Below the pieces are notes generated by a model. The model did not search any database. It was given only the letters and a program-made list of their open reading frames with translations, and was not told the DNA's origin. The position numbers and the translations under genes were made by a program. A stretch of 45,978 nt of DNA from Candidatus Micrarchaeota archaeon (lineage in GTDB: Archaea; Micrarchaeota; Micrarchaeia; Anstonellales; Bilamarchaeaceae). The stretch lies in contig JBDRIM010000061.1 of the NCBI GenBank assembly GCA_043816005.1, forward strand, positions 1-45,978, read 5' to 3'. Of the stretch, positions 27,718 through 35,724 are shown in pieces (the first letter of the stretch is position 1; every line of letters begins with the position of its first letter).

Positions 27718-28392
27718 CTAGAAGGTTTTAGCACCATATTGTTTCATGTATCCCTGGTATTTTTCATAAATTTTATCAGTAACATAAATTTTACCATCGA
27801 TTGTTTTACCCTTAAGATGAGTGAAGATATTGGAAATGGTTTCAATTGAATGGACTGGGACCGAGGTTTCATCGCTAAATTCTTTTAGTGCACTTTCTCT
27901 TTTGCCGATTTCCATTCTATCAACTGCAATAACAATGCCGACAACATTTGCACCGAGTGCTTTTTGAAGTTTTTCTATTGCTTCAAACTTTGTACCGCCA
28001 GTTGTCATAACATCGTCGATAATAACAATCCTCTGGCCAGTGTCCATATTCTGACTACCTACAAAAATACTGTTTGCATCTGCTCCATGAATCTTTTTTT
28101 CTTTTCTGTCAAAAAGCCATTTTTTGTTTGAGCCAGAATTGTTTAGTGCAAGAGTAGTTGAAATTGCAAGTGGAATTGCCTTGTATGCAGGACCAAAAAT
28201 AACGTCGAAATCATTTTTGAAAACTTCTGTTATTTTGCTTGCATAATATCTTCCAAGTTCAGCTGAAACTGAACCGCTACTGAGAACCCCCATATCTATG
28301 AAATAAGGGGATGAACGCCCACTTTTCAGAGTAAATTCACCAAATCTGATTGCATTATTTTTAGCCAGAAATTCTATAAATGAGGTATTCAA
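27718..28392 (-). CDS. pyrE: Orotate phosphoribosyltransferase
   Basis: FGEFTLKSGRSSPYF, FGPAYKAIP, RKEKK.HG, IIDDVMTTG. Confidence 0.95.
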   Translation of the reverse strand: MNTSFIEFLAKNNAIRFGEFTLKSGRSSPYFIDMGVLSSGSVSAELGRYYASKITEVFKNDFDVIFGPAYKAIPLAISTTLALNNSGSNKKWLFDRKEKKIHGADANSIFVGSQNMDTGQRIVIIDDVMTTGGTKFEAIEKLQKALGANVVGIVIAVDRMEIGKRESALKEFSDETSVPVHSIETISNIFTHLKGKTIDGKIYVTDKIYEKYQGYMKQYGAKTF

Positions 28393-28433
28393 AAAACCAC
28401 CGAAAGGACTAAACAGGTAAGATATTTATTGTA

Positions 28434-29015
28434 TTAGTTTTTTTCCGCAATTTTCAATAATTCAAGTGCATGTTGTAGATTAAGTTCAGCAATTTCTTTG
28501 GGCAATCTTTTCAAGTCAGAACTATTAAGAGCGAGTTCAAGTTTTTGTTTTAATTCTCCTCGGGCCCTTGCCATTTCTTGCAAATTCACATCCCAAAGCA
28601 TAATAAGAACGGGATCTTTTGGCAAAATTCCATTGATTGCTTGGAGAATATGATCTTCGGAGATAAAACCAGCTGTAACCCTGTCTTTCAGAATCTGTTC
28701 TGCAATATGAAGTGCACCACAATTTTGATGTTCTTCGCAACTAAAAGAAGGATCAAGAGCAGCCACGCAATCAAAACCACCGCATTTATTGAATAGTCGT
28801 CCAACGGTAGTTTTCTCGCCATCAATAGTAATCTCGAGGTTTTCTTTTGTAGTAGAACATATAACCGTAAGAAAATGACCGAGAATATCTGGGGTGAGTT
28901 CGAATTTACCTTCTACCCCCGCAGTTTTGAAAACTAATAAGGAATAATGATGGATTAATGTCGTGTTCTTATCAAGCAGATTTAGGTCACTACGTACTGA
29001 ATATCCTTCTTCCAT
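28434..29015 (-). CDS. Hypothetical protein (Cys/His cluster)
   Basis: 193-aa ORF containing KCGGFDC..SCEEHQNC; no family recognised. Confidence 0.6.
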   Translation of the reverse strand: MEEGYSVRSDLNLLDKNTTLIHHYSLLVFKTAGVEGKFELTPDILGHFLTVICSTTKENLEITIDGEKTTVGRLFNKCGGFDCVAALDPSFSCEEHQNCGALHIAEQILKDRVTAGFISEDHILQAINGILPKDPVLIMLWDVNLQEMARARGELKQKLELALNSSDLKRLPKEIAELNLQHALELLKIAEKN

Positions 29016-29064
29016 GATTTATTTTAACAATTAGAATTTATAATATTACCAAAGATAGTTTGGT

Positions 29065-29190
29065 ATGGCAGAGTTATGTTTTTTCTGTAAAACTCCAAAA
29101 GAGTTTGTCATTAGGATCTATGGAAATCAAGGATACGCACCTCAAGGAGAAGGATTCATTTGTACTGATTGCCTGAAGAGTAGGATGTGA
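29065..29190 (+). CDS. Small C4 zinc-finger protein (41 aa, not in the ORF track)
   Basis: MAELCFFCKTPKEFVIRIYGNQGYAPQGEGFICTDCLKSRM*, with two CxxC pairs. Confidence 0.65.
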   Translation: MAELCFFCKTPKEFVIRIYGNQGYAPQGEGFICTDCLKSRM

Positions 29191-30429
29191 TCATTTTTCT
29201 TTATACACCCAATATGTTTTATCCTCTTTTGCGCCCATCTGTCTTTTTGCATCATCTAATTTTTTCTCCTCGGAACCACCGAGTTTTATCCATTCAACAC
29301 CAGATTGAAAGAAATAATTGAACAAATTGAAGATAGAAATTGCACTGAATCCTTCTGCTCGTGAAACTGTTTTTGGCCCATTTTTTATTTCAGGTAGATT
29401 TGGGATTGTTTCGTATGGATCAAGACCTAGAAGTTCACCCAAAACATATTCATTGTCTCTTAATGTTATTGAAGTATACAATCCTAAAGTATCAAAACCC
29501 CCATTTTTTGATCTTCGGATTCCTTCCCCCACAAAAATTGAAACTGGCACATCATTTAGATACCCGATGGATGCGCGTATATCAGGAAGTTTTAGTATTT
29601 TCGGATGTACAACTCCGAAATGATCTTCTGCCATAGAACCAACAGGATCAACAAGACGAGAAAAATGCTCTCTTATGATTTTTTGACCAATTCCAGATGC
29701 GTGTTCGCACTCCTTTGGAAAGATTTGTTGCATTCTGAAATCGATTTGATTTCTCTTCAGAAAATTCCTGAATCTTTGAACTGCCATTCGAGATTTCCTT
29801 CGATGTTCTTTATTTTCTGTATTTTCAAGATCAAGAACCTCGAATTCAGTCGGTAGAATTGGTCTTAATATTCCTGGGATCCATAAAGTCGAATGATAAA
29901 ATGTTTCATCTTCTTGAGGTGCTCTTGGATTCCACGGATTAGATTCAAATGTTACTGGATGGAATCCGTGACCAACGAGTAGATTTTTGCCATATTCATT
30001 AAGGAATCGAACATATACACCCTTACAAGGAATGGTTCCGTCTTGGAAAATTTTTTCTATGAACGGTGCGATTCTTTCGAGTGCCCGAAGAGTAGGAGCT
30101 ATAAGCATCAAATAACTATCATCTTCGCTAGTGCCTTCTTTTCTGAAATATCCGATTCCAAAAACTGCATCATCAACAGTACTGCAAGTGGTAGCTTCGT
30201 GATAATATAACCCCAAAGGTGCGATTCTGCTTACCCCTCTTGGATTATAGCCATTTGCATAAAGTGCAATGGCTGCAGGACTCATTCCAAAATTTCCCTC
30301 TTTCCTATCAAGTTGCCAGGTACCCATATCAGGATCTAAAATCTTAACTTGTTTGAATTTAGCTAAAAGTTTTTGTTCGACTATCTCTCGTTTTGTTCTA
30401 CCAATTACAGATAATGTGTGACTATTCAT
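29191..30429 (-). CDS. Hypothetical protein, possibly GNAT-fold (DUF2156/Fem-like)
   Basis: 412-aa ORF. C-terminal WIKLGGSEEKKLDDAKRQMG resembles the 'DLGG....L..FK..G' motif of Fem/DUF2156 proteins. Confidence 0.5.
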   Translation of the reverse strand: MNSHTLSVIGRTKREIVEQKLLAKFKQVKILDPDMGTWQLDRKEGNFGMSPAAIALYANGYNPRGVSRIAPLGLYYHEATTCSTVDDAVFGIGYFRKEGTSEDDSYLMLIAPTLRALERIAPFIEKIFQDGTIPCKGVYVRFLNEYGKNLLVGHGFHPVTFESNPWNPRAPQEDETFYHSTLWIPGILRPILPTEFEVLDLENTENKEHRRKSRMAVQRFRNFLKRNQIDFRMQQIFPKECEHASGIGQKIIREHFSRLVDPVGSMAEDHFGVVHPKILKLPDIRASIGYLNDVPVSIFVGEGIRRSKNGGFDTLGLYTSITLRDNEYVLGELLGLDPYETIPNLPEIKNGPKTVSRAEGFSAISIFNLFNYFFQSGVEWIKLGGSEEKKLDDAKRQMGAKEDKTYWVYKEK

Positions 30430-30523
30430 GATATTTTATGGTGCTTAACTTAGATATAAAACTTTAAATTAAAATTTTGACAAAAAGATAGTTTTTTTAA
30501 GTTTTAATGATGTGATGTAAAAT

Positions 30524-31525
30524 ATGCGAAATAGAAAAGTAAAAATAGATAAAAAAGATAGACGCATAATTTATGAATTGGAGAATAATTGTAGACGAAG
30601 TCTTAATAAGATAGCAAAAAAAGTCGGTTTGAGTAAACAAGCTTTGCACTATCGAATCGAGCGATTAGTGCGTGAAGGTGCTATTATTCAATTTATAGCA
30701 AATATTGATTATTCAAAATTAGGGTATGTAAATCATGAAGTTTGGTTGCAATTTAATGAGATAACAAAAGAACAAAAAGAGGAATTTATCAATTTTCTCA
30801 AAAATCACCCAAACATCAGGTGGTTGGCCAGTTGCGGCGGAAAGTTTGATTTGGCAATGGCAATAATGGCTAAGGATGTTATCTTTTTTTCTGAGATTTT
30901 AAACCAAATTCTTGGGAGATATAATGGTTATGTCCAAAACCATTTCATAACAATATCCAAGGGAGTATGGACTTACCCGAGAAGTTATTTGATAAATGAT
31001 AAAGAAAACAGAAATCAAGGACATTTGCTTTTTGGTGGTGCCTTGAAAACACAACACTTAGATGAAAAAGAACTGAAAATCCTCCACCTACTTTCAAAGA
31101 ATGCAAAATTATCTACTGTAGAAATAGCACAAAAAGTTGGCTTAACACCAATAACTATCAGAACAAAGATAAGGCAATTTGAAAAAGAAGGCATAATTGT
31201 TGGGTATAAGGCGATTATTCAGCCCGCAGCAATTGGAATTGAAAATTATGAAGTTCTAATAACTACTCAAAATGTTTCTGAAGATAAGATGAAAGGATTT
31301 CAGACCTATTGTCAACTAAATCCATACATAACATTTTTGCTTAAGATAGTTGGAAGATGGGATTTGAATATATCATTTGATGCTGAAAATGGAGAGCATT
31401 TCCAGCAAATGATGATTGAAATAAGAAGCAGATTTGGGTCCATAATAAGAGATTATGAATATGTGCCGATCTTATGGGTGTATAAATTTGATTTTGCTCC
31501 TGTGAATGAATGCAAAGGCAATTAA
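30524..31525 (+). CDS. Tandem (double) Lrp/AsnC transcriptional regulator
   Basis: Two HTH+RAM units: IDKKDRRII..N.R.SL..IAKKVGLS and LDEKELKIL..NAKLS..EIAQKVG. Confidence 0.92.
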   Translation: MRNRKVKIDKKDRRIIYELENNCRRSLNKIAKKVGLSKQALHYRIERLVREGAIIQFIANIDYSKLGYVNHEVWLQFNEITKEQKEEFINFLKNHPNIRWLASCGGKFDLAMAIMAKDVIFFSEILNQILGRYNGYVQNHFITISKGVWTYPRSYLINDKENRNQGHLLFGGALKTQHLDEKELKILHLLSKNAKLSTVEIAQKVGLTPITIRTKIRQFEKEGIIVGYKAIIQPAAIGIENYEVLITTQNVSEDKMKGFQTYCQLNPYITFLLKIVGRWDLNISFDAENGEHFQQMMIEIRSRFGSIIRDYEYVPILWVYKFDFAPVNECKGN

Positions 31526-31548
31526 AGTTTAGGCGTGAATTTTAATAG

Positions 31549-31941
31549 ATGGAAACTGTAGAAATAACTAAGGCACTTGAGATCATCAAAAAAAAGCAAG
31601 GTGTTTTAGCAGTTTATATTTTCGGATCTGTAGCAACAGGCAGACAGAACAAAAACTCAGATATTGATATTTGCGTAATACCTGAAAATATGGATGACAG
31701 CCTTGACATTGTTGTTGATGCTAGTTCTAAACTTCCAAAAAATTTTGATATTGTTAATTTTTACCGCTTACCAGTCCAGATAAGACATAGAGTTTTCAAG
31801 GAGGGTAGGTTGTTATATGAAAAAGACCAAAATAGGGTTTCAGTAGTTATATTTAGGACGATCAAAGAGTATCTTGATATGAAACCAGGACTTGATAGGA
31901 TATACGATGCAATTTTAACTGGGGTGCGGCAACATGGATAA
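31549..31941 (+). CDS. MNT minimal nucleotidyltransferase (MntA-like antitoxin)
   Basis: YIFGSVATG..SDIDI motif; overlaps the start of the HEPN gene. Confidence 0.92.
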   Translation: METVEITKALEIIKKKQGVLAVYIFGSVATGRQNKNSDIDICVIPENMDDSLDIVVDASSKLPKNFDIVNFYRLPVQIRHRVFKEGRLLYEKDQNRVSVVIFRTIKEYLDMKPGLDRIYDAILTGVRQHG

Positions 31942-32338
31942 GGATCGAATATCAAGTATAATAGCGAGTATCGAAAAGAACATGGCAGAAGTAGAAGAAC
32001 GATTTAAACTAGAAGAAGCATTTGGAAATAAAGTAGTATTTGATGCTGGGTGTATGTCACTTTTTCAGGTAATAAACAGGTCCATAGATCTTGCAGAAGA
32101 AACGATTGCAGTAAAACGCTTTGTAGTTCCAGGAAGTTATTCTGACTCTTTTGAGATTCTAAAGTAAGCAAAGGTAATATCCGAAAGAACATCAGAAGGT
32201 ATGAAAAAAATGGTACAATACAGAAACATAATATCCCATGAATACTACAACATAACACCTAAAGATGTGAAGGAAATACTAAAGAAAATCCACTTTGTTG
32301 ATGAATTTTTAGAAGAAATAAAAAAATCAGTCAGATAA
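31934..32338 (+). pseudogene. HEPN/DUF86 (HepT-like) RNase toxin with a premature in-frame stop
   Basis: TAA at 32165-32167. The same frame continues AKVISERTSEGMKKMVQYRNIISHEYY..SVR* to 32338 and contains the R-x4-H motif. Confidence 0.88.
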
Positions 32339-32344
32339 TATTTT

Positions 32345-33118
32345 CTACTTACTCTTCGCACCTTCCCTAACAGCCTTAACCATCTCTTTCATCTTAGAAA
32401 CAGAACATTCTTTCTCAAACGCAGTACCAACCTGAATAATATCTGCTCCAGCCTGGATTATAGCTTTGGCCTGATCTGGTGTTTTGATTCCTCCTGCAAC
32501 AATATACGGAATAGAAATACAAGATTTAACAGTTGCAACCATCTCCAAAGGAATTGGTCCTGTTTCAGGATTGCTTCCAGTATCTGTTATGAAGAATCTA
32601 AATCCCATACATTGTGCAGCCATACCAAATGCAGCTGCTATTTTTGGCTTGGTTCGTGGAATGCGTTTTGCATCTCCAACCCAACCAACTGTCCCCCCTG
32701 GTTCAACAACAACATAAGCAGTTGGAAGTGGTTCAATTTTATAGTGTCTTACCATTGGTGCTGCAAGCATCTGAGCTTCGCTTATCCAATAAGTATTTCT
32801 TGAATTAAGCATGGACATAAAATAGACTGCATCTGCGTATTTTGTAAGAGTGCCAATGTTACCTGGAAAAAGTATTACTGGTTTTGATACATTTTCCTTG
32901 ATCGTTCTTGTTATAGTGTCTAGATCCTCACCCTGCACCCCCGTACTTCCACCAATGAGTATAACATCTGCATCAGCTTCATCTGCATTTTTGGCTGTTT
33001 TTACTGCATCCTGAGGGCTTTTGTAATCTAAAGGGTCAATAAGAGCAAAAAGAAGGCCTTTTTTCTTCTCAAGCTCTTCGTTGATGTATTTTTCTGTTTT
33101 ACCCATTTGAATAGTCAT
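32345..33118 (-). CDS. Geranylgeranylglyceryl phosphate synthase (group II)
   Basis: LIDP, IGGS, PVILFPG, ADA..FMSMLNSRNTYWI, YVVVEPG, AGGIK, GAD.I.VGT. Confidence 0.93.
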   Translation of the reverse strand: MTIQMGKTEKYINEELEKKKGLLFALIDPLDYKSPQDAVKTAKNADEADADVILIGGSTGVQGEDLDTITRTIKENVSKPVILFPGNIGTLTKYADAVYFMSMLNSRNTYWISEAQMLAAPMVRHYKIEPLPTAYVVVEPGGTVGWVGDAKRIPRTKPKIAAAFGMAAQCMGFRFFITDTGSNPETGPIPLEMVATVKSCISIPYIVAGGIKTPDQAKAIIQAGADIIQVGTAFEKECSVSKMKEMVKAVREGAKSK

Positions 33119-33177
33119 AAAAAATCACCATTTTTTATTATTGAACGAATCGTCGTTCAATGTCATAAATATCACCA
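33114..33177 (-). repeat. Duplicated RBS+start of GGGPS around a perfect hairpin
   Basis: GTCATAAAAAATCACCA (33114-33130) and GTCATAAATATCACCA (33162-33177) flank ATTGAACGA-ATCG-TCGTTCAAT (33140-33161). Confidence 0.85.
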
Positions 33178-33296
33178 ATTAGACGATAAAGAATGATATA
33201 AAGATGTTTAAAAGATAGCGTTTTTGGTTCGTTGCACTCGGCTCTGCCTCGTGAAGGCATTAATCTGGCTCTGAAACACTCACATAAACCAGGACA

Positions 33297-34370
33297 TCAG
33301 ACGGCTCCGACAAAATTTTTTAGAAGATGTAGAACAATTGCAGGTTGTATCATTTTTGTTGGTTTGTCCATATGACCATTTTTCGAAAGGTAACTATCAA
33401 TATTCATTGTTTTGAGTTGTTTTCCAAGAGCAGAAAGTGAGCTATCGGATCGAGAAGCAAGATAATCATGTATGAATTTGTGCATAGTAAGATCTGGGCC
33501 AAAACGTAAACGCCATTCTACTTCGTATCTGTGTGGATCAGTAATGAATTTTCCAGCTAATGCAGCACAATTCCCCCCAAATATTACACCCCCACCAGTA
33601 GTTGATTTCACTTGGCCAGCAGCATCACCAACAAGCAGAATATTTTTTCCATTTTTCTTTAGGGCAGTTTTAGGCCTTGTTTCAATTGGAATAATAGCAC
33701 CACTTGGTTTGGGAGCATTTTCAATTTTTTTTAGTTTGAGAAGATTTTTCCACCCGTCAACAGCACGCATAGGTACTTCTACACCTACACCAAATTCTGC
33801 TTTTTCCTCATGATGAGGAACTACCCATGCAAAGAAACCAGGAAACAACTTATTTGAAAGATAAATTTCAACAATGCCAATATCAGCACATGCAAAATTA
33901 ACATCAGTTTGGAGTGTTGCTACGAATTTTTTTATTTTTGGAAAATTAAAATGCCTTGCCACATACGAAAATGGACCATCTGCACCGATGATGTTTTCAG
34001 TGTGGAAATCACCAGTCACTTTTTCTCCATAGTTGATTTTTGCTCCTTCGGATTCTGCATTTTTTGCAAGCATAAAATCGATATTGGAACGATTGCATAC
34101 ATAGGCAATTGGATTGGGTCTTCGGATTTGTAGCACAGTACCATTAATGTGAATATTTGCCCCGTAGATTTTGTTTATTACAGCTTTTTTATGATCAACA
34201 AAATTTTTTAGAGAATTAAGTCCGTCAACTGAAAAAAGTCCAGAACAGTTTTCCGGCAGACCTGGAACTGAATGGTCTTCTGAGATGATTACATTGTGAT
34301 TGTGACGAATAGCACTGATAGCAGAAATAGTACCTGCTGGGCCAGCACCAACAATATGAACATCTGCCAT
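33297..34370 (-). CDS. Geranylgeranyl reductase-family FAD oxidoreductase
   Basis: VGAGPAG, CSG, GADG, PGFFAWVVP, LVGDAAGQVKSTTGGG. Confidence 0.9.
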   Translation of the reverse strand: MADVHIVGAGPAGTISAISAIRHNHNVIISEDHSVPGLPENCSGLFSVDGLNSLKNFVDHKKAVINKIYGANIHINGTVLQIRRPNPIAYVCNRSNIDFMLAKNAESEGAKINYGEKVTGDFHTENIIGADGPFSYVARHFNFPKIKKFVATLQTDVNFACADIGIVEIYLSNKLFPGFFAWVVPHHEEKAEFGVGVEVPMRAVDGWKNLLKLKKIENAPKPSGAIIPIETRPKTALKKNGKNILLVGDAAGQVKSTTGGGVIFGGNCAALAGKFITDPHRYEVEWRLRFGPDLTMHKFIHDYLASRSDSSLSALGKQLKTMNIDSYLSKNGHMDKPTKMIQPAIVLHLLKNFVGAV

Positions 34371-34422
34371 AGCCCAATGGATAAGAGGAAGATTTTTTAA
34401 GCGTAAAACATAGATTGAGTTG

Positions 34423-35718
34423 ATGCTTGAAATTCATGGCGGATGGGTTATTCTACCAAATTACATATCAAAAGACAGTTCAATAGTCGTAAATGGCAAT
34501 AGAATAATTGACATTGGTACAACAATAGAAATTAGAAAAAAATTCAAATTTTCAAAATCAGTAGGATCAAAGAATGCAATAGTATGTCCCGGATTTATTG
34601 ATACGCATTTACATAGCCCTCAAATCGCCACCATAGGCCTTACATCTGATAAAAGCCTACTTGATTGGTTGAAAAAATATATTTGGAAATGGGAAGGACA
34701 AATGACTAAAGAACAGGCTAGAGTCTGTGCGGAACTGAGTTATTTGGAACTCTTAAGATCAGGAGTAACTAGTTTTGTTGATTATACCTCAGTACGTCAT
34801 ACTGAAGAGGCATTCAAAACTGCAAAAAAATTCGGACTGCGTGCAACAATTGGAAAAACAATGATGGATAGAAATTCACCGCCAGAACTTCTTGAAAATA
34901 CAGAAAAATCTTTGAAACAAACAGAACGATTGATCAAAAGATGGCATGGTAAAGAAAATGGAAGACTAAGATATGCAGTAACACCAAGATTTGGGATAAC
35001 TTGCACGGATAGATTGCTAAAAGGTGGGGTGGCACTTGCAAAAAAATATAAAACTATGATCACTACTCATGCACATGAAAACAAAAATGAAGTTAAACTA
35101 GATAAAAAAAATTATAAAAAATCAGCAATAAAACATTTTGACGAGATAGGCCTTCTTGGTAAATACACCCTTTTGGCTCACGGAATTTGGTTGGATGATG
35201 ATGAGATACGAATAATTGCTAAAACTGGTACAAGTATAGCACATTGTCCAGGATCTAATATGATGCTTGCAAGTGGTTGTGCACCAATCCAAAGAATGCA
35301 ACAACATGGGATCAGAATTGGATTAGGAAGTGATGTTGGTGCATATTATAATTTCAGTTCTTTTGACCAAATGCGTCTATCCATTCTTTTACAAAAAGTA
35401 CAAAATTTGGATCCTGTTGCCTTCGACCATAAAAAAGCATTTGAATTGGCAACAATAGGCGGAGCAAATGCAATTGGTCTTGGAAACGAAATTGGAAGCT
35501 TGGAAAAAGGAAAAAAAGCGGATATTGTTCTATTAGATGGAAAACATATTGTACCTGAAAATGATCTTATTGCACAGATAGTATATTGTGCTGAACCCAA
35601 TTGGATTACAGACGTAGTGTGTGATGGAAAAATCTTAGTTAAAGATGGAAAGGTATTAGTGGCAAATGAAAATAAGATAACGGCCAACGCAAAAAAAATA
35701 TTGAAGATTAAAAAATAG
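34423..35718 (+). CDS. Metal-dependent amidohydrolase (purine or nucleoside deaminase family)
   Basis: PGFIDTHLH, TPRF, HAHE, AHG, HCPGSNM.LASG, GLGSD, GSLEKGKKAD. Confidence 0.88.
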   Translation: MLEIHGGWVILPNYISKDSSIVVNGNRIIDIGTTIEIRKKFKFSKSVGSKNAIVCPGFIDTHLHSPQIATIGLTSDKSLLDWLKKYIWKWEGQMTKEQARVCAELSYLELLRSGVTSFVDYTSVRHTEEAFKTAKKFGLRATIGKTMMDRNSPPELLENTEKSLKQTERLIKRWHGKENGRLRYAVTPRFGITCTDRLLKGGVALAKKYKTMITTHAHENKNEVKLDKKNYKKSAIKHFDEIGLLGKYTLLAHGIWLDDDEIRIIAKTGTSIAHCPGSNMMLASGCAPIQRMQQHGIRIGLGSDVGAYYNFSSFDQMRLSILLQKVQNLDPVAFDHKKAFELATIGGANAIGLGNEIGSLEKGKKADIVLLDGKHIVPENDLIAQIVYCAEPNWITDVVCDGKILVKDGKVLVANENKITANAKKILKIKK

Positions 35719-35724
35719 AATTTG

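Noticed and set aside
32165..32167. Stop-codon reassignment or readthrough in the HEPN gene
   Set aside because: TAA terminates many genes in this window normally; a nonsense mutation or sequencing error is simpler.
33205..33230. KNAIF* as a relic GGR C-terminus
   Set aside because: The sequence is better explained as the TATA region (CGCTATCTTTTAAAC on the minus strand) of the GGGPS promoter.
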